Assembly: GCA_015680685.1 (NCBI GenBank)
Contig: MNCI01000958.1
Coordinates: 145,646-209,645 of the forward strand
Source: Gnetum montanum
Taxonomy: Eukaryota; Plantae; Gnetophyta
Reading direction: 5' to 3'
Length of the DNA: 64,000 nt
Positions within the stretch are counted from its first letter, which is position 1. Every line of letters begins with the position of its first letter. The translations under genes and the position numbers were made by a program. Under the pieces are notes generated by a model that saw only the letters and a list, made by a program, of their open reading frames with translations, made no database searches and was not told where the DNA came from. Positions 49,928 through 64,000 of this stretch are shown here, in pieces.

Positions 49928-52900
49928 ATGTCTCCTGCTTCGTACGAAAACACCTCACTTCCTAGGTTTGAAATAGGAAACAGTCAGCGGCATAATACAC
50001 ATGACGTTGATCCGCCAATCCCTCAACAAGTTCGAGTGGTATATATTCATCCCGATGAGTATATACCAGACTTCACCTTTATCCTCCATCAAGACGAACA
50101 ACTATGTTGGCGAGACTTAGAAGGTAACATAGTGTTAGCTCTCGATCGTTCAATCTCGAGCATGCTTCTTCATGCTCTCACAAGAAATTGGCATGCCACA
50201 CTTACATGCAAAATACGTTGTGCAAGACCATGACTTGAGAGAATATCGTCCCACAGAGGCACAACGTCAAAGGGACTTGCAACAGGAGAGACATCATAAG
50301 TCTTTGAAGGGTAAGTGGTCCTAGGATGCCCCTCATGTCTTAAGTGAAAATGAGGGTGGTGAACCTACCTCAAGTAGTCGCCCACACAACGACGTTCCTC
50401 CCCTTGACTTTGGCCAAGGGGTTGTGTATTAGAACCTTCATTCCATTATTCATAACCCAGGTTCTGATACCCATGGGCATAAAGGGTGTGAAAAAGGGAC
50501 ACGAACTCATGATAAAGGTGGACATTCTAATCGTAATCGTGATCGGGGCCGGGACCATAGAAGAGAAGGTAGTAGACATCGTCATGGTGACGGTTCTCCT
50601 TCTTCTTCACCTTCATCATCTCCTTCACCCTCTCCTTCAATATCTAGATGCGATCAGAAAGAAAAAGACCATGGGGATAAAGGTAGGCAAAGTGGAAGTC
50701 ATAAACAAAACAGCCAGGAAAGGGGACGAGGGCACTCTAGAGAGTCACAACATAGAAGAAGGGAGAGTAGGGAACAACGTAGGCATCATAGACACCATGG
50801 ATGAGACGATCATGATGAATCCCTACTCGCTACTTGAAGTATGTTAGACATAACTGAGGCTGTTAAAATTCCAACAAGGCACCAACAACGTAATGCCACG
50901 AGGGCTATTAACTCTCAGCCTACTATTGGTTCCAACAACCACATGAAGAAAAGACCTTTGTTTAGAACCAATAGTCTAACCAAGCCCTTGTAATCACAAG
51001 TGGTTGATTCCTTAGACGTCTCAGTATCAATGAAAACTTCAAAGCCCCCTTCAACCCAATCACCACACTCAACGCAAACGATCACGCTAACACACGCTGT
51101 CACTGATTGGATCAAAGCTAGCCATCTTCCTAGGAAATTCTTTGATCCTAGCAATCCTCTGATATACTTACAAATCACTGGAAATGTGCCGTGCAAGGCT
51201 CTTTTGGATTCAGGTTCCAGTGTCAACTTGATTTCTCAAAAAATGTACAAGGCTTGGAACCTACCTCCATTGACAAAGAGCAACATCCATCTAGAGTTGG
51301 CCGATCAATCCATCACTGTCCCATTGGGACTGGTGGAAGACATTGTTACCACTGTGTGTGGGTGGTTGTACCCAGCTAACTTCCTAGTGATTCAGGTAAA
51401 CAACGGTAAGGGGGACTTCCCAATCATAATGGGAAGAGCATGGCTAAGCACCATCGACGGACGCCTAGGAATGCACAATCTTTTCCTAGAAATATCAAAG
51501 GAAAATACATTCAAAAAGATTGAGAATAAGAAAGTTTTGTGCATCGCATACAGTGACACAGGGTGTAATTGTGTGCAGAGCTCATGGTTTGTGCAAAGTT
51601 TAGCATTGCCTACATGCAATCAATGTGCGCAAGTGATTAACATGCAAAGATGCTTGTATGCAATAGCCACATGACAGGAAGACACCCAGTTGTTGATAGC
51701 TGATCAAGAAAGCAGTTCACTCATATGCATGGAACCAACTGAGGGTTTGACTTGTGGTTACATCGATAGCATAGACACATTAGAGCAAGTCCACCACCAA
51801 CTTCCAAGTCTTAACCTTGAAAATATCAACTAGGGGAAGTTGGAAATCCTTGAGAAATTTAAGCAAGATCCCCTCGAGGTGAAACCATTGCCCACCGGTA
51901 TGAAATACACGTTCCTTAAAAATGGAAAACCAGTAATTATCAACGCTAAGCTTGCTCCTCAACAGAAAAAAGAATTGCTGAAGGTAATAAATAAATGGCC
52001 AGAACCCTTCACTTGGTCATATCCTGAATTAACTAAAATAGATCCTAGGATATGCCAACATAGAATTTACATTGACCCCTCCATGAAGCCTTGAAGACAA
52101 TCATAGAGGCGATTGAACCCTAAGTTGAAGCAAGTAGTTAAGGAAGAAATCAAACAGCTTCTCAAGGCTAGGTTCATATACCCCATTGCTGATAATGAAT
52201 GGGTTAGCCCCTTAGTTATAGTGCCTAAAAATGGAGGTAAATGGAGGATGTGCATAGATTTTAGGCTACTAAATATGGCAACATTCAAAGATCACTTTCC
52301 ATTGCCATTTGTCGACCAAGTCTTAGACATCATCGTAGGGCATCGCTATTATAGTTTTCTGGATGGATATAGCAGATATAACCAAATACAAATAGCCCCA
52401 GAAGACCAAGCCAAGACTATGTTCACCAGTCCTTGGGGAATGTTTGCATTCAAACATATGCCATTTGGCTTGTGCAATGCCCTTGCAACATTTCAATGAC
52501 TAGTTCTAAGCATATTCCAATAGCAGATAGGGAATGGCATGGAGGTCTTTATGGATGACTTCTCCACTTATGGAGCAAACTTTGATCAAGCCTTGGATCG
52601 GTTGGAGAAAGTGTTAAAAAGATGTGTAGAAACCAATTTAAGGCTCAACTGGCAGAAAAGCCATTTGATGGTCCAAGAAGGCATAGTACTAGGACACAAA
52701 ATCTCACACACAGGGATAGAGGTAGACCCTTAGAAAATCAAAATTATCCAAGGAATTACCCATCAATCGAAAACTATCAAAGATATTCGGTCATTCCTTG
52801 GACATACTGGCTACTATAGGAGATTTATTGAGAACTTTTCAAAGATTATCAAACCATTGGTGGAATTAATGAAAAAGGGTGTACCTTTCAAGTGGACCAG

Positions 52901-54731
52901 GGAATGCGAATTAGCTTTCCAAACTCTGAAACAGAAGCTAGTAGAAACACCCATTCTACAAACTCTTAACTGGTCCAAATCATTCCATATCATGATTGAT
53001 GCATCCAATTATGCTTTAGGAGTTGTACTTACATAGTTAGATGACCAGAAGCATTCTTATTACATCCACTGTGCAAGTAGAAGTATCGCTAGTGCACAAC
53101 TTAACTACACTACCACAGAGAAAGAATTAATGGTTGTAGTGTTTGCACTAGAAAAGTTTAAACACTATGTATTAGGATATAAAGTATATATACATACAAA
53201 TCATAGTGTAATTTGGTTCCTCATGAATAAGCCAATGGTAAGCCCTCGTATCATACGATGGCTTGTAATCTTACAAGAGTTTGATTTAATGATGAACGAT
53301 TGTAAGGGCACCAAGAATGTAGTTGCTGATCATTTATCTTGGTTGCGATGGGACAAAAAAGAGGATGAGTATCCAATTTCTGATCATTTCCCTAATGAAT
53401 CCCTCTTTGCTAGTGGAGTGAATAATCAATCATCCATGGAGACAAACTGGTATAGTAGCATTCTTACCTATCTCCTCACCCAACAAACACCATAAGAGTT
53501 AAACCTTAAGAAGAAACAATAGTTTCTTCATCAAGCCAAGTACTTTATGGAGATCAATGGGTAACTTTACAAAGTGTGTCCCGATGGCTTGGTTCGATGG
53601 TGTGTTCCCAATATAGATCAACTGCGAGTTCTCCAAGATGCTCATGAGGGTCCTTGTGGGGGTCATTACGCTAGGAGATGAACAACCATTAAGATCCTAC
53701 TTGTAGGATATTATTGGGCTACATTATTTCGAGACGTCCATCATTTCATCCAATCTTGTGAGCACTATCAATGTGATGGTGGAATGACTACTAGAATGGA
53801 GGGTCTGCAACAATGGATTTAACCTTTAGAACCCTTCGACATTTGGGGAATTGATTTTATGGGGTCGATTACACCAATGTCTAGTGGAAAAGCTTATATT
53901 ATTGTTGCCATTGATTACCTAACAGAATAGGACGAAGTAGCTACTATTAAAGATTGTACATCATCTACAGCTACACGATTTGTTCAACAACAAATCATAA
54001 ATAGGTTTGGTATGCCACGTGCACTTATTTTAGACAATGGTACATACTTCACAAGTGCAACTTTTCAGAAATTAATGCAACGCTTAGGGGTTGAGCATAA
54101 ATTAACTACACCATACCACCCCCAAGCGAATGGTCAAGCAGAAGTCACCAACATGGAGATTACGAAGATATTGACAATAACCATTAGAAAGTTTAGGTGA
54201 GACTAGAGCACTAAACTGAACGATGCTCTTTGGGCATACCGCTCCACATGGAAATTCCCTATAGGATACTCTCCCTATGAGTTAGTGTACGATAAATTAT
54301 CAATGCTTCCCATTCAAACTGAGCTCTGTACACTATCCACAACATGTGATCTCAACCTTGACCTTGATCTAGCACAGAAACAATGGTTAGTAATCCTTAA
54401 CTTGCTAGATGAAAATCGATTAGCTACCTTGTCATCTAACGAATTGGATAAGGCCTTCAATAAACAACGTTATGACCTAAGAATTAGGAAAGTTAAATAT
54501 CAGTCATGAGATAAGGTTCTCTACTGGAATCCCACACATGTGCCAGAACATACTAAATTTCAAACACTGTGGGAAGGACCTTATATTATTTATGCAACTT
54601 TTCCTTTAGGGGCTATGAAAATATACAAACCTAAGAGCTTAGATAAAAAATGTTTGGTCAACGTGCAACAAACCAAACCTTTTCAGGAGCTTAGGATAGC
54701 CAGTACATATGCTACCTCTCTTGATGGATAA
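49928..54731 (+). pseudogene. gag-pol pseudogene of Athila-like element 1
   Basis: ORF fragments 51000-51674 (PR), 52113-52733 (RT), 53130-53495 (RH) and 54012-54731 (INT), with many stops. Confidence 0.93.
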
Positions 54732-54903
54732 CCCTGCTCACTATTTTGGATCTCCTCCTTCCAACTTAGTCATGGGGGAGATGGCCACCTATGCTAACCG
54801 TTCTAGGCTCTCAGTTCTTTTTGAATTTTTGTTTTACACATTTTTTCAACTTTTCTTATTTTTGTTTTACACCATTGTTCATGTTTTTATTATTTCTTTG
54901 TTT

Positions 54904-55071
54904 NNNNNNNNNNNNNNNNNNNNNNNNNNNNNNNNNNNNNNNNNNNNNNNNNNNNNNNNNNNNNNNNNNNNNNNNNNNNNNNNNNNNNNNNNNNNNNNNN
55001 NNNNNNNNNNNNNNNNNNNNNNNNNNNNNNNNNNNNNNNNNNNNNNNNNNNNNNNNNNNNNNNNNNNNNNN
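54904..55071. other. Assembly gap (168 N)
   Basis: Run of N. Confidence 1.
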
Positions 55072-56482
55072 TGAGTGAATAAAAATAAGTCTTTGCATGG
55101 TGTGGTTCTCATGCATAAACATCAAAAAAAAAAGAGAAAAAAGAGAAAAAAGTGAGAATTCAAAGCACACCATTAAACATAATAAAGCAATATGGGCTAT
55201 AAGCACTGGTTATGGCACTGGAAAGACATGTTACCCATGCTTGAAGGTTCCCTCTAACTAAGGCCCTTTCTTACTTCCTGCTTCTCCATCTCACTATCCT
55301 TGGGATGGTGGTCACTCTTTGTGGAAGCATTCTTGTTGCCTCAAGAGGATGGATTGGCCAAGTGAATTGATGTAAGATCACTGAATGTGGTTGGTTTGAG
55401 TCTGGATTTGGGATGAGTTCTACTTAGTTATCTTAACCATGAAATACACAAGGGGCTTTACACAACTTGTTCTTGGGATTTCATTCCATTCTCTCCTCTC
55501 CATCTTTCTTCCCATTTTCCACCTCATTGTCGGTTTTATCATTAGTCTGTTTTGGGTTGATGCATTATTTTTCTTTGGTGAATTCTTGTGGGTAAGTTTT
55601 GAACTCTTACTTCCAAATGACATTCCTAGAGCCTACGGACTCTTTGGTTTGTGGGTTTATCAGGGCATAAAGGGCATGAGCCTACTTTGGGGAGGACCTA
55701 CTGGCATTTCTTTTTGATGCAATTATTAAGTTCTTTTCCTTAAACGTTTCTTACAATTAATCATCTCTTGTTTCATCCCCATCCATGACATCCATTTTAT
55801 TTGCATTTCCGTTGTTATTTTTTCCCATCTTTCTTGTTCCTCATATTTTTCCAACTTATACCTACTAGAGGTTTGCTCTTAGTCGTGGGGGCCCTAGCAC
55901 AAATTTTTTAATTTTCTCCATTTTACTATTCACCTAACCCCTACACCTTGGGTAGTCACCTGTGATAAATCTCCGAACCAATTTTTTCCATAACGACAAC
56001 TCAACCAATGCGCTTCATATCGAGGCAAGGTATCAACTACATTGTGGTTTATCTATCCTTGCTCATTTGTGATTGTGTTGTGTGTGTAGATGGCAATCAT
56101 ACAAATAATGGACTAGGCTTGGAGGAAGCACTCAGGATGGACCAAAATTGGAGCATTTACGAAAGGAGCAAGTTTGGTGGCGTGGCTATGGATAAACAAT
56201 GGAAAGCGCAATCTTGGCATTGGCAGCAACATGCTCCATCTTCTCTCTCTCTCTCTTTTTCTCTTCAAGCTGCCAAATAGAGGCTTGGATGCCATTTATG
56301 TACAAGTGTTAACCACAATGGTCATGAACACTAATGTTGTAATATGCTTATTGATCTATTCATTGGGGATGTTGAATCTGTCATCCCATTCCACCGTTAG
56401 TTGTCAATTAGTCAATAATCCCATACCTTCCCAATATTTTGTAAGGAACTCGAGGATGAGGTTTCATTCAGTCGTGGGGGTA

Positions 56483-57434
56483 TGATTAGAGTGGTTACTC
56501 TAGCAATTATTCTAATTATTAGAGCAGTTACTCTAGCGGTTTATTCTAATTATTAGAGCAATTACTCTAGCCATTTATTCTAATTATTAAAGTGGTTACT
56601 CTAGCAGTTACTTTAGTAGTTATTCTAATTATTAGAGTGGCTACTTTAATTATTAGAGTAGTTGCTCCCAAGCCTATAAATATAGTGCCCAGGCGCACAA
56701 TTGGAAAGAAGTCTTTTAGTAGTCAAGTAGCGAAATTCTTGTAGATTGTTTGAAAGGTAGAGTATTTTCCAAGTGCCCACATCAAGAGGTCTAAGTATGG
56801 ATGGATATTTATTCGAGCATTGTGTACCTGAGTACACCTTGTGTATGGCAATAAAGACGAGCTCTTTGATTCATCCTTGCAGCACTTGAGATTTGTTTTC
56901 TTATGCATTTCTTTTATTTTATTTTCTTATGCATTTATTTTGTTTTATGCACTTTACATTTCTATTATTAGCACAACAATTCATTTTGATCAATTAAGAA
57001 AATCATTAAATTACACAAGCACGACCACTTCAAGCATGCGTGTAACGCTTGGTAACCTAATAACAATTATCATTTGGTAATCCTAGTAATGTTGCACTAG
57101 TTTAGGATGTGTACAGCAAGTGGGAACGGATGCTGATGTTAGGATTAGTTAGAACTTAGTTAATAAGTAGTTAAGTTAAATTAGTCACTTAGTTACCTCT
57201 CTCCTTCCCTACTAGCGCAAGACATAAAAACATAAAAGCTATAAAAATGATATGCCTCAGGCTTACTTAACCATACAATCGTGACATACAGGTAAGCTTG
57301 GGAAGACAATGATCAACCAACCCATCCTTGTTCGACAAGGGCACATAAGCACTTAGTCCTTGGAATTCGACCGAATTGAGCGTGAAACGCTCGTATTCGT
57401 ATGGTTGAGTGTAGGGGTACCTCCTCGCTCATCA
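56483..57434 (+). repeat. Athila-like 3' LTR (952 bp)
   Basis: Preceded by PPT agtcgtggggg and followed by TSD ttttg. Confidence 0.95.
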
Positions 57435-57870
57435 TTTTGTATCCAAAATACAAAAACACAAGAATTTCATCAATAGGCTAAACAATCTCAAGTCCATAAG
57501 TCGATTGAAATGTTAAAACAAAGATCAACATCTACCAACTAAAGCCAAACAAGAAGCATGTGTTATGTATCATGTGAAATCTGTCTAGGTTGAGGACCTT
57601 GATGGTTAGTTTTATGTCCATTTATTTCTTTATGTATAGTCATCATGTTATGTAACCTTGTTATGTTTTAAAGTCAAGTTATAAACTACATAATAGTTAG
57701 AATTTATGTTTTATGTTAAAGTTAGATGTTAATATTAGGAGTCTTGTGAAGTTTTCTAAAACTAGAAAGAGGTGCCAATGAGTCTTCATGTTGTAATTAT
57801 ACCAAAAGTGGCAAAATATTCAACCTTTCAAATTATAAAAAAGGTGATATACCTTCATTTAACATAATCA

Positions 57871-57935
57871 TGTGGTATTAGCCTAGTGGTAAGACTCTTG
57901 ATTTGGAATTTCCAAGTCAGGAATTCAATTGTAGT
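57871..57935 (+). other. Degenerate tRNA-like/SINE head
   Basis: A-box-like tagcctagtgg and B-box-like ggaattcaatt at tRNA spacing; no intact cloverleaf. Confidence 0.35.
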
Positions 57936-58629
57936 GGACAATGCTTCTTTATAAAGTTCCAGTTGGACTATACATCTGGGAGTGTTCCTATATTAATAAC
58001 TATTTCACATTCATTAAAGCATTTTGAATAGTAATACTTTTACATAAAACTTATTGAATGTTCTCTTTTGTTAAGGCATTTGAGTAGTAATACAAGTATT
58101 AAAGTGCTAAACTATTAAAGTTTCTTTATTTATTTGTTTCCTTTCTTTTGTTTTCTTCTTACATTCTCTTAATTAAAAATTCACAATGAATTTATCCTAA
58201 TCCTTACATTCATCCACTCTCACAATCTTCTCTCCATAATTCTTATAATAGCTTCTCTAAATTCTTTCAAGTTTTCTTACAAACATCACATAGATCTTAG
58301 TTTATCTTCTATGTTTATCTCAAGTTTATGTTAGATCTAATATCAGATATTATATTTTCATAAAGATTGCAATTGGATCCAAATGTTTATGTAAATATCT
58401 TTGAACTTGTGAATGTGTTATGTAAGATCTAATAATGAAATTTCATACTTTTGCTAGACTTTTAAAATTCTTTAAGGATCAAAACTTATTTCAAAAATAT
58501 TTGAATCTACTTTCATCATATATTATTAAGTCTTGTGATTTAGAAAGACTTTATTTAGGGGTTCTTTCAAACCCTTAAAATTTCTTAATTACCTTTGAAA
58601 TTTGATTGGAATGAAGCCTTAATTTTTTA

Positions 58630-61600
58630 TGATGCATGCTACTAAGTCGTAGTTCTGTTAGTTGCATTGACAAGACCTCATCAACGCAGCCTCATCGACT
58701 AGGTTTTGTAAATGAGGCCTAGTTGATGCATCATATCATATGTCAATGTAGCCCTGTCGACGCAGTGTCTGTAGTTAGCTATAAATACACACCCACCAGT
58801 CGCATTTATAGCAATAGAGATTGTAGTTACAGCAAAGCTCTTGTAATTTTTCCCTTTGAAAGTTAGAATTTTTTCCCGAGTGCCCATAGTAGGAGTCATT
58901 AAGTGTATAGATCTTTATTCGAGCATTGTTGTACCTAAGCATGACAATGTGTGCAGCAATAAAGATGAGCTTTCTGTAAATCTTGCAACACTTTGGATAG
59001 ATTAAATATTTTTTATGTATTTAATGTTTTTAAATATTTATTTATTGCTTTCAATTATTTATAAATGTTTCTAGTAATTAAGTTAATGAAGTAATTAAGC
59101 AAGAAATATTAAATACATAAGTACGACCACTTTGAGCGTAACATGTATTCGCTTAGTATGTCTAGTAGCTCAGCACTTGGTCACCCAATAGTGGATACGT
59201 GGGTTCAAGATGTGTATGGAAAGTGGGACTGAATACTTATGTTAGGATTAGTTAAATGCTAGTTAATTAGTTAGTTTAAATTAGTTAATCCAATTACTTT
59301 TATCTTCCTTTGAATGCCAAACCATAAAACATAAAATGATAAAAATTAGATGCCTGAATTACACTTAACCATACGAGTGTACATCACAAGTGTAATTGGG
59401 AAGACAATGATTGACCTTAAGGCATGATTCACTTCCTAGAAGACTAGTGCACTGGAAATAATAAAGTCCATGGAATTCGACCAAATTGCATGTGAACGCT
59501 TTGTGATTCGTATGGTTGGACGTAGGGGTACCTCACCGCTCATCATTAGCACTGTTGCTAGGGACTTTGTTTGCTAAACGTGTGCTATCTAGGATTAGTA
59601 AATATTATTCATATCATTGGACTAACTCAAGGTCAACATCACTCACAATGACATAGAAAACTATTAAGCACACTAGTAATTTTATTTTGTTTTGCAAAAT
59701 GTCTTCTTCTTCTCACGAGCACAAAGATGTCAAACCATTGGTCCCATAGGAATGCAAAATGGTATATACTCATCCAGATGAGTATGTACTAGACTTCACC
59801 TTCATCCTACATCAAGATGAATAGTTGTGATGACATGATATGAAGGGTAACATTGTCTTGCCCCCTGATCAATCTGTGTTGGGGATGCTACTTAAAACTC
59901 TTAAGAAGCTAGACATGTCAAATCTTCATGAAGAATATGTTGTGGATGGTTATGATACTCAAAACTACTGCCCTACTAAAATACAACCCAAGCAAGATTG
60001 ATGTTAGGAGAAGCTTCATGATGCTACAAAGGGGAAACATTACATTCCTACTAAATCAAGATGACAATGAGGATCCTCCCTTTGAAGGTTCTCAACATGA
60101 GGATTCTCCACACCTTATTACTAGTGATGAGGATGTGAACTTGAATTTGTGATCCACTATTCATAAACTAGGTTTAGAAAAAAGTGATAGCCAAGGTAGG
60201 GACTTGGGCAAACCTCACAATAGCAAGGAATCTAAGGATGGTGATCGTAATAAGAAAAAAAGTAGTGGCAGACATTGTGGTGGCAGTGGTGATCCACCAT
60301 CCTCTCCATCCTCTTCATACGATTCTAAACATCCATCTTCATCTGATGGTTCTCATAAAAACTGCCATCAAAATAATTGCAATGAAGGTAATCAATGAGA
60401 CAACAATGACCATGAAGGCCACCAAGATCGAAGGGGTGGCCAAACCCATCATCGATGCAGTGATGATGAAGAGCCTTTGTTAGCAACTCGAAGTATGCTC
60501 AACATTGCAAAGGTAGTTAGAATTCCAACTAAGCATATGAAAGATAATCGGATGAAGCATTTCGACATAAATAATATCTCAAGTAATTCTAATCTACAAA
60601 CACATCTACAAGCTTTCCATGATGCATGTGTCTTATAGAACATAGAAAATGAATGGCAAAAACTCAAGCTTTTCCCTAGGACACTCATCAAGGAAGCTGA
60701 AAGTTGGTACCAGTCCTTGGAATCAGAATCCATTCATAGATGGAGTACCATGTTAGAGCTATTTATGACAAATATTAGATGTACTCCAGAGTGTTTAATT
60801 TGAGAAGGCAAATCCAAGGTTGGAAACAAGAAATACATGAACCCTTGGATGCTACCATGGGTAGATACTATTCACTCTTACATCGATGCCTTGGCCATGC
60901 TTATTCTCAGAGGAAACAACTTTGCCACATTATTAATGGACTCAAAGCAGAAACTAGAAGAACCCTTGGGGTGTATGCCCAAGGGAGATTGTCGAAATTG
61001 AGAGCTCATCAGATCCAAAGGCTAATTAAGTAGGTAGAAAAAGAAGAAGGTGAGTTATGAAAAAGGGAAAGTGAAGAAGAGTATAATAGGGATCCTTCCA
61101 TCAGGAAATGAGAGGTTTGATTTTGTGATGAGGAGGAGTCACCACTTGATGAAAGGATGAATAGGAAAACCTTGCCCATCTAAAAATCTATTTCTAATAT
61201 TTTGGCAAAGGTTGATAAATTATGGGACTCTTTGGATGAAAAATTTCAAACTACTATGAAGATTGTTGAAGAATCCAAAGAGAAAAATAGTGATTCGTAA
61301 CCATAGAAGGCACAAAGAGGCTAAACATGCCTATCAAAGAGGTAAGGGAAAAGCTACAGTAGTAGAGGAAGTTGTGGAAACCAACTCTAATGATGAAACT
61401 GATTATGACATTTGTTAATACGAACATCCAAAGGGTTTTTTCCTTGTGGTGTCACACTTACAAGAGTCTAGGGTGTATGCATTAAATCCTCAACTAGCAC
61501 GTAGGTAAGCACCTAGATGATTGCCTTACCCTCAAGGCAATCCAAGACAGTTCCACCAACAACAACAAGCTTACTACCCAAGTGGAGCCCCTCCATAACC

Positions 61601-64000
61601 TTATGAACAATACCAATAATGGTTCCAACCACAATCGTGGGGAATGCCACTACGAAGGCAGTAGTACCCTTATAGGCAACCAAAGCCATATGAGTACTAT
61701 GTTTAGCAACCTATCTCTCCAAGAAGTTTTGCAAGTCATACCTCCTTTTAGCATCACTATTACCCTCCAGAGTACCACCAAATACATTCACCATCTACTC
61801 AAGGAAAAAACCCATATCCATACCACCCTCTGCATCCATCTGCACACATACCTCCACCTTCAACCTAGTTACCTCCTGCTTTATCCATGTAGGGTGAGAT
61901 TCCTCCACAGCTGCAACAATGAAATGCTACTAGGGTTGTACATTCACACATAGCTTTCTAGCTAAGTGGATCAGATAATCGTTCCAGGAAAAGACCCTTT
62001 TTCTGACCCAACAGTCCTCTCCAACCCTCATAATCTAGTCTAGCTGATCATCCTACATCTCCAACACCCTCATCCTCTATATCAAAATACCATCGAATGC
62101 CCTTCAAACTAAGTGCTATCTCATATTTGCATTGTAATGCTAACTCATGTTGTTTTTGATTGGATCAAGGCTGGCAATCTTCCCATGAAAAGATCTGACC
62201 CAAGAAGTCTACTCATTTACCTATAGATCACTAGACATGAGTCATGCAAGGCTCTTCTTGACTTTGGTTCTAGAGTTAATCTCATCTCCTATGACATGTA
62301 TAAGGCTTGGAACCTACCACCTCTTAAGAAGAGCAACATCCATCTAGAATTGGTAAATTAGTCAATTATTGTCCCTTTAGGATTAGTAGAGGACATTGTA
62401 ACCATAGTTTGTGGGTGGTCCTATCCTGTTGATTTTCTGATGATCAAGGTTGAAAACTGCAAAAGTGACTTCCCCATCATTATAGAAAGCACTTGGTTAA
62501 GCACGGTTGATGCACGTATGGGCATAAGAGACATATCTCTAAAAATATCCAAGGAAAATGAATTGGGCAAGATACAGAAGAAGCGTATTCCATGCATTAC
62601 ATATAGTGATAACAGGTGTAGTTGTGTGCAAAGAATTTGGTCCATTAAAAGTACATACATTAAAGCATGTAATCAGTGTGTGCAAGAAATCAATATTCAA
62701 AGGTGTCTATATGTAGCAGCCACAAAATAGGAGGGCACCTAGTGGCTGATAGCTAACTTAGATAGTAGCACATTATGTGTGGAACCAACTAAGAGCCTAA
62801 CATGTGCTTATATTGAAGGCATGGACAAAATTGAATAAGTTCATTCCCAACTCTCAAATGAAGATGATGACACTTGTTGGGAAGAGTTGGAAATCCCTAA
62901 TAACTTCAAGTAGGAGCCCATAGAGCTAAAAAAATTATCAGGTGGTATGGAATATGCATTTCTAAACAATGGTAAACTAGTCATAATTAATGCTAAACTT
63001 GCTCCTAAAAAAAGAAAAGTTATTAAAGGTAGTTAACAAATGGTCAATAACCTTTGCTTAGTCATATCTTGAGCTAACAGGAATCAATCTAAAGATATGC
63101 TAGCATCGCATTTACACTGACCTGGCCATGAAGCCTAGAAGCAATCACAGAGACCGCTGAACCCCAAATTGAAATAGATCGTTAAAGAGGAAATTGAACA
63201 ACTCCTCAAGAAAGGGTTCATCTATTCCATCACGGATAGTGAGTGGGTTAGTCCACTCGTAGTTGTGTCAAAGAAAGGTGGCAAATGGTAGGTCTACATC
63301 GACTTTAAGCTGGTTGAATATGGTAATGTTTAAAGATCATTTCCCATTGGCATTTATGGATCAAGTGTTGGACACCATATCCAAGCATTGTTATTATATC
63401 TTCTTAGATGGTTGTAGTGGCTATAACCAAATTTAAATTGCACTAGAAGATTAGGCCAAGACAATATTCAAGAGTTCTTTAGGAACTTTTGCATATTGAA
63501 AGATGTCATTCAATATGTGTAATGCCCCTGCAACATTTCAATGCTTGGTCCTTGGTATTTTCCAATAGCAAATAGGTAGTGGTGTGGAAGCCTTCATGAA
63601 TGACTTTTCCACCTATGGAGCTACATTTGAGCAAGCCTTGGACTACCTTGAACAAGTATTGAAGAGATGTGTTGAAACAAACTTGCAGCTCAACTGGCAA
63701 AAGAGCCATCTCATGGTCCAAGGAGGCATTGTGCTATGACACTGAATTTCGCAAAAAGGGATTGAGGTAGACCTAGAAAAGATAAGGGTCATCTAAGGAA
63801 TAACATGCCAACCAGAGACCGTTAAAGATGTTCAATCATTCCTTGGACACACTAGCTACTACTGATAATTCATGAAGAATTTTTCTAAGATTGCAAAGCT
63901 GTTGGTGGAACTTACAAAGAAAGATGCACCTTTCAGTTGGACCAAGGAATGTGAACATGCATTCCAACAATTAAAAGAGAAACTCATAGAAACACCAATC
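58630..64000 (+). mobile_element. Second Athila-like Gypsy element (related family, truncated by window end)
   Basis: LTR 58630-59545 (tgatg...ctcatca); degenerate Asp-type PBS tagcactgttgctaggga; gag from 59699, PR (LLDFGSRVNLI) and RT (FMNDF) homologous to element 1; heavily decayed. Confidence 0.92.

Larger units (their letters stand above)
48882..57434 (+). mobile_element. Athila-like Ty3/Gypsy LTR retrotransposon with both LTRs, decayed
   Basis: LTRs 48882-49791 and 56483-57434; outer termini TGATGAG..CTCATCA; perfect TSD ttttg; degenerate tRNA-Asp-type PBS (tgacatcgttgttggaga); [39 protein letters not shown]; no aRH or chromodomain. Confidence 0.95.

Noticed and set aside
54709-55206. 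ORFs with X runs
   Set aside because: They span the assembly gap.

Overview
Land-plant nuclear DNA with spliceosomal introns and heavily C>T/G>A-decayed transposons; the species cannot be determined from sequence. Host genes: an 8-exon dihydroorotase (PYR4, +, 5297-32898), tRNA-Ala(UGC) (-, 35011-35083), 26S proteasome subunit RPN3 (+, 35369-39798), a CFL1-like WW/zinc-ribbon protein (-, 43086-44037) and a small heat-shock protein (-, 47474-47848). Mobile DNA: a decayed Copia element (309-4968) with a Gypsy LTR nested in it, L1 and SINE remnants, two Athila-like Gypsy elements (48882-57434 complete with TSD; 58630 to the window end), and a 17.5-kb Tat-lineage Gypsy element (10086-27569, -) inside a dihydroorotase intron. 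The main finding lies in the Tat element. Its pol is split between protease and RT by about 5.6 kb that carries an antisense, TATA-driven, multi-intron gene of about 1,100 codons. The product is an FCP1/HAD-like pseudo-phosphatase fused to a PMD/transposon-like domain, an acidic linker and a coiled coil. The insert is bracketed by arrays of a covarying mini-hairpin motif that recurs after the integrase. All domain calls come from motifs recognised by eye, not from database searches.
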